IMG/VR virus record: IMGVR_UViG_2778261450_000008
Coordinates: 1-27,873 of that record
DNA from: a virus
Taxonomy: Duplodnaviria; Heunggongvirae; Uroviricota; Caudoviricetes
Length of the DNA: 27,873 bases
Reading direction: 5' to 3' (one strand)
The notes beneath the pieces were generated by a model. The model was not told where the DNA came from and searched no databases. It was given only the letters and a program-made list of their open reading frames with translations. A program made the translations under genes and the position numbers. This document shows, in pieces, positions 7,674 through 19,629 of this stretch (position 1 is its first letter; each line of letters opens with the position of its first letter).

Positions 7674-9662
7674 CAACGCATCAGACTTGGCACCCTGAGT
7701 CAGGGCGTTAATGGCCTTTTGCGCCTGCTGCATGGCTTTCTCAAACGCTGTTGATCCGCGTGGGGTGTTTGCCATTCGGAGCATTGCATTTCTGAATGGC
7801 TCGCTCTCATAGGCGCGAGTAAGAAGTCCGTAGCTTACCGCTGCGCCAGTTGTCGCCGGGTTCATTGCCGTCCCATATCCGATAATGAACGGGATGGTTT
7901 GCTGCCCTGTTGGTGTTGTTACTGCTGCTTTTGCAGCCTGCTGCGTGGATTGCAGGTAGTTTTTCAATCCTTTCAGATAAGCGGCTTCATGACCTTTAAA
8001 TGTGATGCCAGTCTGGTTTTGCAGGATATTAAGCTGCCGAAGGAACTGGTCAGGGGATCCGCCAGATTTCTCCATCGCCTTTCCAATGATGCCATTGCGC
8101 ATTTGCGCCCTGCCAACACGACCAACTGAGTTATACAGCGTCTTAATTTCCGATTTGTTCTTGCTGAATAGCATGTTGTTGACAACTTCCGGCGTCAGGT
8201 CGCCTTTCATGAGAACATTCTTCAGCCTGGTATTCTTTAGTTTCGCAGCTTCGTCAGCATAGACGGCATTGGCCTGCTGATATTTACGGAGGGTATCGTT
8301 GCCAAGATTCTGACCAATGGCACCATTGATATCGTCAGTCATTGCCTTGTAAACGCGCTGAATGGCAGCATCGGAACGGTTTGGTAACACTGGTCGCTCA
8401 CCCTTTACGTCCATTCTGAACTGGCTGCGCAGATCGCTTAATTGCTTCAAATCCAGATTTACCGGACCATCAGGACCAGCATTGCGAACAAGCTCATCAC
8501 GATAGGACTGAAGTTTTGAAATAGTCTCGTTATCAGCAACCTTACCAAGCTTCTGCAGGTTAGATATTTCTGTATCAATCTGCTGAATTGCTCGCGCAGG
8601 CTGAATGTTTACTCCAGCCATAGCATTCTGAACCTGCTCCAGTCGATTACCGGCGGCACGACGAATTCCTGATGTTTTCGCTTTAAGGCTGTCAATAACA
8701 ACCGCTGGATCATACTCGCCGAATTTATCAGCAAATCTCTGCACCAACTGACTTCTCGCTTCCTGTTGCGTTGCTCTCATTCCGCTTGTGCCAGCCAGTG
8801 GTATATTTTCTGCTGTAGTCTGCGCCATTTTCCCGACGCGGGAAGTAGGCTGTAACAGGTCTGTGGTGTGCAGAGGAACTCCTTCACGCTCTGCAAATCT
8901 GATAGCCTGCTGCGCTTCTGGCGCAATAGAACCACGAACGCCACGATAAGCAGCACCTAATCCACGTCCGGCAGCGTTAATAGCACCGCCAGCCAGCACA
9001 CCAACGCCTAAATCGGTGGCGAGTGCTTCCGCATCATCTTTCGCACTATTTGCAGCAAGTGATCCAACTGCGTTTTCAGCGAGAAGGCGAGTTGCCCCCT
9101 GAGCAATTCGACCAGCAAGTGTTGGTGCCTGTGTTGCCGCTCTCTCAACGCCAGCAGGAGTGAGGTAAGGCAATGCTTCAGCAAATACCCTTCCCTCTGT
9201 CGTTTGTGGAGTCATCGCGCCTTGCTGAAGGCCAAAGTCCTGCTCTAATCCCTGCGTTGTTACTCGTGGCGCTGGTTGATATGTACCATCGCCAATGCCG
9301 AGTTTACCGCCAGCCCAAGCCGCCGCGCTTGTTACAGCATCGGCAACTGATGCAGGTATGTTTGCCACGTTCACGCCAGCCTGCACCAGTCCGCGACCAG
9401 TCTCTTTCACTGCTTCACCAAGATCAGACATAAATCCACTTTGCTGTGGTTGTAGCTGTGCTACTGGTTGCTGTGTCTCCACTGGCTGCACAGATGGCAA
9501 TGGATAGGCTGCATAGAAAGCTTGCTTAGCCTGCTCTGCATTTTCTCCGGCTTGCGGGGCCACGACTTCATTGAAGTATTGCTCCTGAGCCTGCGCTTTT
9601 TGTTCTGGTGCTAACGCCTGATACTGTGGAGAGGCGATAACATCTTTCCATGCTTTAGCCAT
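7665..9662 (-). CDS. Ejection (internal virion) protein, P22 gp16 positional homologue
   Basis: 665-aa Ala/Gln/Gly-rich protein, last of three consecutive genes in the position of P22 7-20-16; its ATG overlaps the stop of the upstream gene (TAATG). Assigned by synteny and composition. Confidence 0.65.
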   Translation of the reverse strand: MAKAWKDVIASPQYQALAPEQKAQAQEQYFNEVVAPQAGENAEQAKQAFYAAYPLPSVQPVETQQPVAQLQPQQSGFMSDLGEAVKETGRGLVQAGVNVANIPASVADAVTSAAAWAGGKLGIGDGTYQPAPRVTTQGLEQDFGLQQGAMTPQTTEGRVFAEALPYLTPAGVERAATQAPTLAGRIAQGATRLLAENAVGSLAANSAKDDAEALATDLGVGVLAGGAINAAGRGLGAAYRGVRGSIAPEAQQAIRFAEREGVPLHTTDLLQPTSRVGKMAQTTAENIPLAGTSGMRATQQEARSQLVQRFADKFGEYDPAVVIDSLKAKTSGIRRAAGNRLEQVQNAMAGVNIQPARAIQQIDTEISNLQKLGKVADNETISKLQSYRDELVRNAGPDGPVNLDLKQLSDLRSQFRMDVKGERPVLPNRSDAAIQRVYKAMTDDINGAIGQNLGNDTLRKYQQANAVYADEAAKLKNTRLKNVLMKGDLTPEVVNNMLFSKNKSEIKTLYNSVGRVGRAQMRNGIIGKAMEKSGGSPDQFLRQLNILQNQTGITFKGHEAAYLKGLKNYLQSTQQAAKAAVTTPTGQQTIPFIIGYGTAMNPATTGAAVSYGLLTRAYESEPFRNAMLRMANTPRGSTAFEKAMQQAQKAINALTQGAKSDALSE

Positions 9663-11056
9663 TAATCACCCCATAGTGAAGAAAAGTTACTGCTGGCTGC
9701 TGGCTGTGATACCTGTGCAGGTTGAGATTGCTGCCGCTGAGATTTACCAACATTAACGTTATATTGTTGGTTGTAATTGTTGGTGTATTCCTGAATCTCA
9801 CGAATCGACTGCTGCATAGCCTCCGGGCTTGAATAGTCAATCTGCGGCATCCCCTGAAAATACATCTTCGCTTCTGCAACGGTGTTAATACCACTGGCAC
9901 CCATGTCCCTTGCTGCCGCCACACCCTGATTCTGCATTCTGCCCTGAATCCGTTGTGCTGAGTTATATAACTGGCGCTGCTCTTTTCCTGTTAATCTGCT
10001 GCGAACATCAGCACCAATTGCTGGATTACCTGCACCGCCTGTCATTCCTGTCATGAAATCGAGAGCAGAAGCGTCTGCATTTGCGATCGCGTCGATATCC
10101 TTCTTCATGGCATAGTTTTGTGCTGATGCAGACGATGTTGCAGGCGCTGCGATTGAACTGGCAGGAACGCGAACCATATTCCCCTCGTTGTCGATGCCTT
10201 CGTAGAACGCATTTGCCCCAGCGCCGTGAAGTTTCCCGCCAACCGTTACAGTTCTGCCATCTGATAACTGAACTGTACGCTCATCATTCCCAGCGGTTCC
10301 TCTTGTTGACGCTCGCTGCATTGCCAAATCCTGCCCGCGTCGCGCAGTAGAAGCAGATAAATCCTGACCGCGCATCGTGATGTTCTGACCTCGTGCTGTT
10401 AGCGCCTCGCCAGCCTGATTGCTGCGGATTGTCTCTGCAAGTTTTCCGCGATCAATCTCACGCCCAACGATTCTGTCTTGCGCCTGAAAATATTGTTCTG
10501 GACCAAGTGCAGCCATTCCAAGGTGATCAACAAACTCTGTGAAACCTTGTGGATTTTGCTGATACATTTTCGCCACATCCAGAGGGTCTACTCCGGCACG
10601 AGTAAGCTCAGATGAGTTGTTCTGCAACCATGACATCATGGCTTCTGGAGATGAAGCTGCGAGTCTGGCACTTGCTGCCAGTGTACCGACAGTGGAACGC
10701 TGGTCTTCATCGACAAATTTCATGCCGTTTCTTACAGCGTCAAACTGCTCAGGATACTGTGATGCCAGCTTTCGCATTGCATCGCGGTCACCAGATGTAT
10801 ATGCATCAGCATAAGCCTGCTGAAACTCTTGCTGCCGCTTCTGCTGATCCATCTGCTTATACATATCCATGACAGATGAAATGCCCTGCAAAGCCTGCAA
10901 GCCAACGTTATTACGTCCTGAACGCTCCATCTCGTTATTCTGTCGAATGTATGCAAGCGTGGCGTCTGCATCACTTGCTCTTGGAGCGTTGGAGTTCATG
11001 CCGCCTAACCCGGCAAGAAGCGCACCTGAATTACCAGCCTGTTGCCATGTAGCCAA
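9662..11056 (-). CDS. Ejection protein, P22 gp20 positional homologue
   Basis: 464-aa, about the size of P22 gp20, Gln/Ala-rich. Apparent TTG start preceded by a strong GGAGGTG Shine-Dalgarno. Assigned by synteny. Confidence 0.65.
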   Translation of the reverse strand: MATWQQAGNSGALLAGLGGMNSNAPRASDADATLAYIRQNNEMERSGRNNVGLQALQGISSVMDMYKQMDQQKRQQEFQQAYADAYTSGDRDAMRKLASQYPEQFDAVRNGMKFVDEDQRSTVGTLAASARLAASSPEAMMSWLQNNSSELTRAGVDPLDVAKMYQQNPQGFTEFVDHLGMAALGPEQYFQAQDRIVGREIDRGKLAETIRSNQAGEALTARGQNITMRGQDLSASTARRGQDLAMQRASTRGTAGNDERTVQLSDGRTVTVGGKLHGAGANAFYEGIDNEGNMVRVPASSIAAPATSSASAQNYAMKKDIDAIANADASALDFMTGMTGGAGNPAIGADVRSRLTGKEQRQLYNSAQRIQGRMQNQGVAAARDMGASGINTVAEAKMYFQGMPQIDYSSPEAMQQSIREIQEYTNNYNQQYNVNVGKSQRQQSQPAQVSQPAASSNFSSLWGD

Positions 11057-11068
11057 GAGACACCTCCA

Positions 11069-11728
11069 TTAAAAAAGTGAACCAAGAAGACCGACGCCAG
11101 CACCAATTGCTGTACCCCAACCAGGCATGATTGCAGTACCTGCAGCTGCACCTGCTGCCGCTCCACCCAAGGCGCTCTGAAATCCTGATGGTTTATTCGC
11201 ATTAGCCGCAGATGCTGCCGCCTGCTGTTGATACAATTGGCTGACGTTGTTAGCGTAGTTCTGTCCGGCATTTGCCTGACCTGTAAGAGCACCAAGGCCG
11301 ATATTTGCCAGATTGTTGTAGTTGTTCATCTGACCTGACAGCCAGTTTTGACCGAGTGTAGGTGCGATTGCTGCTAACTGGTTTCCTGTTGCTGTGGAGC
11401 CTAATCCACCCGTTGCCTCTGCTGCTGCCAGACTCTGGTAACGCGCCTGCCCTGCAAGGTCTTTATACTGCTGGGAGTTGTAATACTGGTTAAGCGCCTG
11501 ACCTTGCCCCTGAAGAGAGGAAAGATTTTGCAACTGTGATACGTACTGCTGAGCGAGTGGCGTGAACGGTGCAAGGTTTTGCATGTTCGTCTGCCACATT
11601 TCGCGCTGCAGTTCGATGCCCTTTTCAGTTGCGCGTGCCTGGGCTTTAGAGCCGGAGTCGCTGCCACCTTTCATATACCCATTCATGGGAAGCAATTTAT
11701 TCTTGAAGCTTTCGCTAAGTACTAACAT
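11069..11728 (-). CDS. Ejection protein, P22 gp7 positional homologue
   Basis: 219-aa with a Gly/Ala-rich C-terminus, in the gp7 position between the gp14-like and gp20-like genes; start could be 11728 or the downstream MNGYMKGG. Confidence 0.6.
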   Translation of the reverse strand: MLVLSESFKNKLLPMNGYMKGGSDSGSKAQARATEKGIELQREMWQTNMQNLAPFTPLAQQYVSQLQNLSSLQGQGQALNQYYNSQQYKDLAGQARYQSLAAAEATGGLGSTATGNQLAAIAPTLGQNWLSGQMNNYNNLANIGLGALTGQANAGQNYANNVSQLYQQQAAASAANANKPSGFQSALGGAAAGAAAGTAIMPGWGTAIGAGVGLLGSLF

Positions 11729-12185
11729 TTAATAGCTCCTCATATTTCGAACGAGGTAATTGATAGAGGGTGATTCCTACCGGTTTTCCGTTACTCATGT
11801 ACGCATCATCAAGGTGACCAACACGGGTAGCGCCAAGCAAACGGATAATTGCCCGTCCGTATTTCGTGGTGTCAGGAACCATGGTGATGCTGTTAAGGAA
11901 TGGTGAGTTTTCGAGAAGCCATTTGCAGAATAATCGATGCCCTTGCAGTGCATATTCGCCACGGAATCCGGGGTCGTACACCGCATGGCATTCAACAATG
12001 CTATGCCAGAAGTTACGCACTTCATGAACGCCGGCCAGCACTAATCCTTCGTAGATGCCGAGGTATACCGCATCAGGCTTGATGTAGTATTTATCTCTAC
12101 TGTCTACGATATTTCCCGTGTTTTCTGGATTGTTGAGGAATTCTGCAAGCTTCACCGGATTATCGATGAGCTTTATTTCCATCAC
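11715..12185 (-). CDS. P22 gp14 positional homologue (virion-associated protein)
   Basis: 156-aa ORF between the needle and gp7-like genes, overlapping both neighbours as expected for translational coupling. Confidence 0.6.
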   Translation of the reverse strand: MMEIKLIDNPVKLAEFLNNPENTGNIVDSRDKYYIKPDAVYLGIYEGLVLAGVHEVRNFWHSIVECHAVYDPGFRGEYALQGHRLFCKWLLENSPFLNSITMVPDTTKYGRAIIRLLGATRVGHLDDAYMSNGKPVGITLYQLPRSKYEELLNVST

Positions 12186-13030
12186 TGCTCCGCAATGATT
12201 TTGATGGCTGTGGCAGTAAACGCCGCACCATTTGACTGAATGGTTAACGTGCTGCCATTTGTGGCAAGAAAGCCGTCTTTATCCACACTGAAGAACGTAG
12301 CTAACAGGATGTTGTCGGTTGTTGTCGCCGAGTTGCGACTGCTTACCAGTGTGTCAGGAACAGAACCGGAGAATGTTAGCTGCATTGACCTGTTGGCGGT
12401 TCCGCTGGGCCACGTCCCGACGATCGACAGCTTGAAGAACAAGGTTTTGTTCTCGTTGAACACAACCATCTTGTTGTTAACGGTGTCGAAGAATGGTGCC
12501 AACGCGCCGGATGACGGCGTGAGCGTTTTCAGCAGGCTAACAAGGTTGGTCGGCGCTGTCGGGATGGTTACAGATACGCCAGAGTAAACAACCTCTGACT
12601 TCTTGCGAGTAGTGGCATACTCCAGAGCATCGATGCGCGTTTCATGGTCTGAAAGCGTGTTTTGAATGGCGACAACTTCATCCGTCAGGTAATCAATATC
12701 GTTTTCTGCTGTCGTTAATCGTGAATCAAGGCCGACTATCGCCGCTTCTGCGTTAGTGATCCTTGTTTCGTGGTCCTGAATCTTCGCTTCAGCTGATGCC
12801 AGTCGAATTTCGTGATCGACAAGAATCACATCCTGCTCATCGTTCCTGACTTGTGCGTCATAAGCTCCCTGTCCGGCCTCGTTGGCCTTGTTAGCCACAT
12901 TACCAACATCAGTACCCTGTGCAATAACGTACAGCAGATATGACTGCGAGAAGATATTACGCGGAAGGACTGATGTGTCGAGTCGTGTAGCCTGAATGAT
13001 TACCGGCTCATTGAGATTCGAATCAGCCAT
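12182..13030 (-). CDS. Tail needle (P22 gp26 family) with a C-terminal knob-like extension
   Basis: From the ATG at 13030 (TAATG overlap with the gp10 stop) [43 protein letters not shown] closely matches my recollection of the P22 gp26 N-terminus; a coiled-coil repeat region follows, then about 120 extra C-terminal residues. Confidence 0.85.
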   Translation of the reverse strand: MADSNLNEPVIIQATRLDTSVLPRNIFSQSYLLYVIAQGTDVGNVANKANEAGQGAYDAQVRNDEQDVILVDHEIRLASAEAKIQDHETRITNAEAAIVGLDSRLTTAENDIDYLTDEVVAIQNTLSDHETRIDALEYATTRKKSEVVYSGVSVTIPTAPTNLVSLLKTLTPSSGALAPFFDTVNNKMVVFNENKTLFFKLSIVGTWPSGTANRSMQLTFSGSVPDTLVSSRNSATTTDNILLATFFSVDKDGFLATNGSTLTIQSNGAAFTATAIKIIAEQ

Positions 13031-14448
13031 TACTCGATCCTTATCTGGCAGCCAGACAGAGTGACAGGTGACTTCGTGATAACGCGCAATTTGAATCCGA
13101 CATTTTTCCTTATTCGCCCGACACGCTTCCACAAAACGCGTTTGTCGTAAACGAACGGTTCATTCTGCTCAATCATCTGCTCACGCCCGTAATTGATGCC
13201 GTCAGTGGTTGCAGAGAGAAAAAGGCGGTCAGCATACTGCGCAACTCCAGTTGACGATTCAACTTCAAGGTCGAAAACTCTGGCGTTATCCGCTTTGAAC
13301 AACGGAGTAAACAGCAGGTGTTCCTGCTGCTTGTCGTACTGGCTGCTGATATCGAACTGCAATTTCCCGGTCACGGATTCCAGCTTATCGCCGCACGTTA
13401 TCTGATTGCCTTCGTAAATGAAGTCGATAGCGCGGTACACATCGTCATACAAGCCAGTTTTCAACACACACCATTGCGGACCATTGGCGCTTGAAGATGC
13501 GTCGTACACGAGAACATGGCGCGCAAGATGGATAATCAGCAACTCATGCGCATCAAATCGTAGAGACTCCATCACGCCATCAGCCAGTTCATCAGCAGTG
13601 TAGGAGCGTAGTATTTTCTCAATGCTCGCGCTGGCGATTGGTGATACCTGACCGGAGCCGATGATATACACAGACGGCGCACCCGTTGCCGGATTGCTGA
13701 TGAACGCATAGGAATCAGCAAACGGCGTTTTGCAGTAAGTTCCGGCAATGCCTTTCTGCACCATCAGCGATGGCTGTGCGACATACAACGCGGCACCAAC
13801 AGTGGTTGCACCAGTCAGGGAGAAATATTCAATCGTTGATGAACCAAAGCAGACAATGAAGTCTCGCCATGTTCCGATGCCGATGATACCGTCAGGCTGA
13901 GACTCGGCACGATATTGTGCGCTGTATCGGTCAGGATGTGATTCGTCTTCAAGGTCAGTGATAAACCATGAATCAGTGCCGTCTTTTGACCACGCATAAC
14001 GCCCACGTAAGCGTGTAATGTCGCGGACTGAGCCTAACTCATACTGAGTGAATCCGCTATCAGTAGGCCAGTTTGAGACGGTTTTAACCGTGCCATCATA
14101 GCGATACTCGACCAGTTGCCCGTTAACGCCAACCGCCTGTGATGTCCTACCATGAGCCAATGATACACGACCACTTCCGGCAACATCGCCGACTTCACTT
14201 TCTCCCTTATACAACTTGCCACCACACACGCGATAAACAGCATTCTGCGCCATGTTGTACTCGACGCCGCGAGATACACCGTTCACATCAGAACGTTTGG
14301 CAATGCCCGGGAATGAGCGAAGATATCCGCTGCTGTTGAGGATTTCTTTGGGTGTAGCCAACATATTCACTGGCAGATAGTCGATATAGTCGGCGTTTCG
14401 GAAGTCTTTGCCGACACCTTTCATAAGCGGAAGTTGCTGAATCGGCAT
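13030..14448 (-). CDS. Tail/head-completion protein, P22 gp10 homologue
   Basis: 472-aa; [49 protein letters not shown]... is near-identical along its length to my recollection of P22 gp10. Confidence 0.9.
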   Translation of the reverse strand: MPIQQLPLMKGVGKDFRNADYIDYLPVNMLATPKEILNSSGYLRSFPGIAKRSDVNGVSRGVEYNMAQNAVYRVCGGKLYKGESEVGDVAGSGRVSLAHGRTSQAVGVNGQLVEYRYDGTVKTVSNWPTDSGFTQYELGSVRDITRLRGRYAWSKDGTDSWFITDLEDESHPDRYSAQYRAESQPDGIIGIGTWRDFIVCFGSSTIEYFSLTGATTVGAALYVAQPSLMVQKGIAGTYCKTPFADSYAFISNPATGAPSVYIIGSGQVSPIASASIEKILRSYTADELADGVMESLRFDAHELLIIHLARHVLVYDASSSANGPQWCVLKTGLYDDVYRAIDFIYEGNQITCGDKLESVTGKLQFDISSQYDKQQEHLLFTPLFKADNARVFDLEVESSTGVAQYADRLFLSATTDGINYGREQMIEQNEPFVYDKRVLWKRVGRIRKNVGFKLRVITKSPVTLSGCQIRIE

Positions 14449-14926
14449 TTATTCGCTCCCGTTATCGCAAGGTTCCTTCCGGTGGAAGTAATTCCAACCG
14501 TTCCACTTCGCCAACTGATTACCGCTACCAACAGGCATACGGTTTGGATAACCGGACTTACATTTAGCGGCTTTTGCTCTGTCCATTGCAGACAGTTTGA
14601 CGAGTCGCTCTTTCCCGTATCTGGCAGTGGTTATAAGTTTTGCTGACGCTTCCAGCGCATAATCCGGAGCAATGCGGCAGGCAAGGTTGAAAATGACGGC
14701 ATTGATAGCGTTATTTGATAAACCGTGCTCATCGCCCGGATCTGGAGCGACATCTGCATCAGCGAAAATGTAGCCAACGTTGATACCTGGTGACGCATCA
14801 GCGCCAAGCCATTCCGCCATCATCATTTCAAGGTCGTTGACACCATCTTCCATGGACTGAGGTTCGACATCGGTTAACGTGGCATTTGATGCCACACCGA
14901 GCTTACGTAATGCCGCAAGAACTAAA

Positions 14927-14949
<23 letters not shown>
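14449..14949 (-). CDS. Tail accessory protein, P22 gp4 homologue (166 aa from the ATG at 14949)
   Basis: [33 protein letters not shown]... aligns with the P22 gp4 N-terminus ([33 protein letters not shown]); AAGG Shine-Dalgarno upstream. The SQSQ-repeat extension in the track ORF is an upstream out-of-frame read-in. Confidence 0.85.
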
Positions 14950-15199
<250 letters not shown>

Positions 15200-15211
15200 G
15201 CTTGTCTCCAG

Positions 15212-15235
15212 ATAAAAATGGGAGCCGAAGCTCCC
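15212..15235 (-). terminator. Intrinsic terminator just downstream of the coat gene
   Basis: On the - strand: GGGAGC-UUCG-GCUCCC (6-bp GC-rich stem, UUCG tetraloop) followed by AUUUUUAU, beginning about 10 nt after the coat stop. Confidence 0.6.
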
Positions 15236-15243
15236 TCTGGTTA

Positions 15244-16542
15244 TCACGCGGTCTGGTTAGGCAGACCAACACCAATTGCCTCTGGTCGTACAGCACATGC
15301 TGAATACCACACAGCAATACGGCACTTGCCAGACAGAGTGTTGATATCACCCTGCGTTGCGAAGATGCCGTTAACACCAATGCCAGGAATGCTGAAGGAA
15401 GAAGTTTTCATGCCAGCAAACAGTTCATGGGTTACCGGGATCGGCTGAGACAGCAGGCGGATTGAGTCATCAGCCCAGAACACGTTAGCGGTGGTTGTTG
15501 CCACGTTCAGAACGTTTACCGGAGCGGCATCAGCAAGAGAGGTGTTTACGTTAGCGTAAGCCTTCTCTTCTTTTGTCAGTGAAGCGTCATCAAGCGCAAT
15601 CGGCTTCGGCGTGATTTCGATGTGAGTACCATCGATCACACGGGTGATTGAGAAAGTCGCATCATCAGTTAGCACGTTCTTCGCCATCTGAGACAGGAAT
15701 TTCACACCAGTGAAACTGATTTTGTCGCCGCGCTTAAATCCGGTGGTGGAGGATACGGTCACCGTTGCAACACGGTTGTCGACGTTCTCTTTGTTACCAT
15801 CGGTATCAAGGGTGTATGCCTGCGGCTTAAACTTCTGCGCACCAGAAACAGTTACACCAGTAGCGGTTGACTTGGTAACTGCCGGAAGTTTCGGTGAGCG
15901 AAGAATTTCATCAAAGCCAGCAATCTGACGCTGAATAGTACCGTTGCGATACGCTTCTTCAGGAACGCGACCGAAGATGTCACCATCTACCAGGTTGCGG
16001 CCTGCTTTGCGGTAATCGTCAGGGTTCAGGAAGTAACTGATGCCCATGTCGCGGTTGAGTTCGCGGGAGAACATCAGGCGCTCTGCATCAGACACAAAAT
16101 CCCAGCCAGACAGGCCAGTAGATGGACCAATTGCGCGGGTATCGTGAACAACAAGCGAGCCCATTTCAGTTGCCTGTTTGGCAATCGCTGACTCAATGTT
16201 ATTCGCCAGTTTTTTGGCGGATGCCTGGATGCGGCGACGGTAAGAACGCTCATCACGCAGGTCATCTGCACGAAGCTCGAAGAAATCGTTATCCGGATCG
16301 CCCATGTTGCATTTCACGGAGAGTTCCAGAATCCCTGTTGCGTTGCCAGTTAAATCCCAGCCAGTCTGGGTTGGCGATTCCTGCTCAACAGGCATCCACA
16401 CGGTGTTGCTTGAACGCTGCATGGATTCTGCCGGAGGGGTGTATTTTGTCACTTTGGACGCCATTGGCGTCAGGTTCTGGACGGTTTCAATGATTTCATC
16501 CAGAGCATATGTGACCAGTTGACCTTCATTTAATGCCATCAT
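15244..16542 (-). CDS. Major capsid (coat) protein, P22 gp5 homologue (HK97 fold)
   Basis: 432-aa; [27 protein letters not shown]...NRDMGISYF...[21 protein letters not shown]... is collinear with and highly similar to my recollection of P22 coat protein. Confidence 0.93.
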   Translation of the reverse strand: MMALNEGQLVTYALDEIIETVQNLTPMASKVTKYTPPAESMQRSSNTVWMPVEQESPTQTGWDLTGNATGILELSVKCNMGDPDNDFFELRADDLRDERSYRRRIQASAKKLANNIESAIAKQATEMGSLVVHDTRAIGPSTGLSGWDFVSDAERLMFSRELNRDMGISYFLNPDDYRKAGRNLVDGDIFGRVPEEAYRNGTIQRQIAGFDEILRSPKLPAVTKSTATGVTVSGAQKFKPQAYTLDTDGNKENVDNRVATVTVSSTTGFKRGDKISFTGVKFLSQMAKNVLTDDATFSITRVIDGTHIEITPKPIALDDASLTKEEKAYANVNTSLADAAPVNVLNVATTTANVFWADDSIRLLSQPIPVTHELFAGMKTSSFSIPGIGVNGIFATQGDINTLSGKCRIAVWYSACAVRPEAIGVGLPNQTA

Positions 16543-17450
16543 CGAATTCCTTTATTCAGTTGCGCCTTAAGCTTGCGGTACGTCTCTACATCCCCTTTGT
16601 TTGCTGCCGCTTCCATCTGCTTTTCAATCGCAGAGATATTTGCAGCAACAGCGTGTCCCTGAATGGGTTCATCAGGTAACGGGGCTTCTGAAACAGGCTT
16701 GGCTCGAGGCTTGAGAGTTAAACGTTCTGACAGTCGAGTTAGTTCAATCAGCGCGGATTGCCCGTCCATCGCCAGCAACTGGCGTGTCTTCTCAGGATTA
16801 GCACCAAGGTGATACATGAGAGCAGCGGATTTCTCCGGGAAGAGGCGCATGATGTCGGCACCGACTGCTGGCGGCACCAGTTGCATGAATGCATCCTCTT
16901 TCTCCTGATAGTCAGGGATATTGAGCTTTTCCGCTGCGTCGTAGTGCTTACGGGCTGCCTCGACGTATTGCGCTGATTGCTGGGTGAACTCCTGAGTTTT
17001 GCGACCCTGCTCGGCGACAGCCTGGCTTCGTGCGTCCATAGCCTTGATCTGCCATTCACTGTTTGCCTGCTGGAAGGCAGCCAGTGCGCGGCTCTGGTCA
17101 TAGTCGTACTTAGCCAGTGCATCTTCGGAAAGATAATCGTTAGGGTCTGGTTGTTTTGGTAACTCAGGGTTCACCCGCAGGTGTTCCGGCAACTCCCCTC
17201 GCTTAACCGCTTCCATCTGCTGCTCAAGCTCACGCTGGCGTTTGCGTTCGATGCGGCGACGGGCAAATTCAGCATTAGTTGCCGGGTCTTGTTTTGGTTT
17301 CTCATCGTCTTTCAGGACAATCTCGAAGCCTTCTTCCTGACCTGCGTTGTCGTTGGCATTATCGACAACTAAGCCATCAGCAGATGCCGCTGCATGATTG
17401 CCGGGCAGGGTTAATTCTTCAGAAGCCTGAATGTCGGTGGTTTGTTCCAT
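16539..17450 (-). CDS. Scaffolding protein, P22 gp8 homologue
   Basis: 303-aa; [50 protein letters not shown]... matches P22 gp8 in length and sequence, with the same C-terminal helix-turn-helix region. Confidence 0.9.
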   Translation of the reverse strand: MEQTTDIQASEELTLPGNHAAASADGLVVDNANDNAGQEEGFEIVLKDDEKPKQDPATNAEFARRRIERKRQRELEQQMEAVKRGELPEHLRVNPELPKQPDPNDYLSEDALAKYDYDQSRALAAFQQANSEWQIKAMDARSQAVAEQGRKTQEFTQQSAQYVEAARKHYDAAEKLNIPDYQEKEDAFMQLVPPAVGADIMRLFPEKSAALMYHLGANPEKTRQLLAMDGQSALIELTRLSERLTLKPRAKPVSEAPLPDEPIQGHAVAANISAIEKQMEAAANKGDVETYRKLKAQLNKGIR

Positions 17451-17463
17451 GATTAACTCTCTC

Positions 17464-19629
17464 TTATTGAGGTGTCTCGGCTACTCCGCCGGAGGGGATT
17501 TGAACTTGACGCATAAGATTCGCGAAATCCATGCGTTGTGAATGAGTCTGGTCTGCATCTTTAAGAAGCAGCTCAGCGTTAGCACGAGCATCTTTGCTGC
17601 GCTGTTGCTGGAATTGACCTACGAGCTTGAGGTACTCACGCAGTTCTGCCTGCTTGTCGAGGTCCATATTGTTGAAGATTTCTGCAATCTTCGCGGCGTT
17701 GAGTTGGTTTTGGGCTTCAACCTTGGCAGCTTCAACCTGAATCTGCGCCTGTTGGTTCTCTGCCTTGAGCAATTCAGCCTGACCTTGCAGAAGGATACCC
17801 TGCGCCTGAATTTGCTCTGCTGATGGCTGCTGCGGCTGTTGTTGTGCCTGCTGTACCATCTCCATCTCTTCAGGTGTTTCTGGTTTCTTCAGCCCCATCA
17901 TCACCAGTTGCTTGTTCGCGTACTCTCGCATCATCTCAACGCCTTTACCGTCAAGCAGCGTGAAGTATTGCAGCATCAGCATCTGGAACTCTGGAGTACC
18001 TTGCGGAACCTTGGTGAGTAACTCCTGAATCTCTGCGCGGTTCTGTTCCTTCATGCTCTGGAAGGATGGCCCAACGTCTGTATAGCACTCATAGCGACCG
18101 CGAATGTCGTTGAGTGTGACCACATTACCGGACTGGTAATCTACAACTTGCGCGTAGAGTTGAACGTCTTTCTCGCTACCATCTTCAAGTGTCAGCGTTA
18201 CATGACGAGGAACGTCATAAATATCGTTGACCATTGAGGCATAAATCTCGCCATCACGTCGCATTGCGGTAGCCAGGTTATCCTGAAACACGTATGTCTC
18301 AAGGTCTGCCCGCATGTTCAGTTGATTGACGGTATCGAAAGCGACCTGAGAGTTTGCCGCCTGCGCATCCACGCCAAGACTAGCCACCTCTTTCACTGCG
18401 TTGGTGGCAGCCTCAAGCATGTAAGCGTTGGCTTGCGGCACTTCAGGGTTTTCCATGTAGGAGATTGGACCAATCGGCAGGTCGTTACCGTTTTCATCGG
18501 TCCTGTTCTGCAGATAGTACGGATAGTCATCATTTCCACCGTACATGTATTCGTAGTCTTCGATTTGCTCAGGGAAGAAGGTCGGTTTCTTCTTCGGTGA
18601 ACGAGCAACAATATCGGCGTTGAACGACATGATCATGTTACGAAGGCGTTGACCGTCTTTCGTCAGCCTTACCACTCCCTCGTAGCACTCCTTGTCACCA
18701 GCGAATGACCATTCTCCATACACTGGAACGATTGGGATATGCTCTCCGGCTATCTTTTCTCGGTCCTTCAGTATCTGCGTGCAGGTGATGATCGACTTAT
18801 ACACACGACGACGCTTCACCTTGCGCTCTGCTACCTTAATGAATCCACGATTAGCCAGGTCGTCGATAACGTCTTTAATATCCTGCTGGTAATAGCTGAC
18901 TGGCTCACCTGTCAACGGGTCGCGGTAGATGAAGACTTTCTCCTTCTTCTCTTCTACCTCGTAATACTCAGCGACGTAGACGACATCATTCGATACCCAC
19001 GGAAACTGCCATGTGTCGTTCGGATTCTGGAAAGATGGCAGGGTGTCAGGATCAATACCGTAATCCTCTGCGAACTCTTTCCAGCCATTGCGCGACAAGG
19101 CGTTAATCACCGTGCAGTGCTTAGCGTCGCTCTTATCCATCTGCTTGCTGTTGGCGTCCCATATGACGTGTGAGCAGGCTTCATGAATTGGCAGGCGTCG
19201 AATTACCTGATTGTTGCTTGTTGGGTCGTTGTCTTCGTACTGTGTGACCAGGCGCCATGCACCAACGCCGGACTCTATCTGCTCACGAACGCCAACGTTA
19301 ACGGCAATCTTTGCCGTGTTATGGCGCATATCAGTACGATACATCCCCATCAACACATCGGCTGCATCAGGATTAGCGCCGTCTTTGGGTCTGAATAGAA
19401 CGTCGATAGGGTTCCGACGCATCTCTGCGACCAGTTTCCTGACCACCGGGCGAACAACATCGAATTGTCCGCGATATTGCAGGGTGGTGTAGTTTGATAG
19501 CCAGTCATCCCATTGCGACACTCGGCTAAAATACAGGTCATTTGTCGCCTCGGTTCTGGCTTCATCGCTCGCCATCCAGTCCGCGTCAAACTTGCACAGA
19601 ATGGAATTGAGTCTGTTTTCGTCGGCCAT
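17464..19629 (-). CDS. Portal protein, P22 gp1 homologue
   Basis: 721-aa; [45 protein letters not shown]... is highly similar to my recollection of P22 portal, with the Gln-rich C-terminal barrel region. Confidence 0.93.
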   Translation of the reverse strand: MADENRLNSILCKFDADWMASDEARTEATNDLYFSRVSQWDDWLSNYTTLQYRGQFDVVRPVVRKLVAEMRRNPIDVLFRPKDGANPDAADVLMGMYRTDMRHNTAKIAVNVGVREQIESGVGAWRLVTQYEDNDPTSNNQVIRRLPIHEACSHVIWDANSKQMDKSDAKHCTVINALSRNGWKEFAEDYGIDPDTLPSFQNPNDTWQFPWVSNDVVYVAEYYEVEEKKEKVFIYRDPLTGEPVSYYQQDIKDVIDDLANRGFIKVAERKVKRRRVYKSIITCTQILKDREKIAGEHIPIVPVYGEWSFAGDKECYEGVVRLTKDGQRLRNMIMSFNADIVARSPKKKPTFFPEQIEDYEYMYGGNDDYPYYLQNRTDENGNDLPIGPISYMENPEVPQANAYMLEAATNAVKEVASLGVDAQAANSQVAFDTVNQLNMRADLETYVFQDNLATAMRRDGEIYASMVNDIYDVPRHVTLTLEDGSEKDVQLYAQVVDYQSGNVVTLNDIRGRYECYTDVGPSFQSMKEQNRAEIQELLTKVPQGTPEFQMLMLQYFTLLDGKGVEMMREYANKQLVMMGLKKPETPEEMEMVQQAQQQPQQPSAEQIQAQGILLQGQAELLKAENQQAQIQVEAAKVEAQNQLNAAKIAEIFNNMDLDKQAELREYLKLVGQFQQQRSKDARANAELLLKDADQTHSQRMDFANLMRQVQIPSGGVAETPQ

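Noticed and set aside
7427-7711. 94-aa + strand ORF overlapping mnt in another frame
   Set aside because: It overlaps the well-supported mnt gene and the small peptide ORF, has no homology I recognise and no ribosome-binding site; probably a chance ORF.
11056-11068. An in-window ATG (11068) as the gp20-like start instead of TTG at 11056
   Set aside because: The ATG is out of frame with the long ORF. The in-frame TTG is preceded by a strong GGAGGTG Shine-Dalgarno site, so the TTG start is kept, with residual uncertainty.
15710-19173. Several + strand ORFs of 60-144 aa inside coat, scaffold and portal (for example 16122-16493 and 18739-19173)
   Set aside because: All are antisense to strongly supported structural genes, with no ribosome-binding sites or recognisable domains; typical chance ORFs in GC-rich coding DNA.
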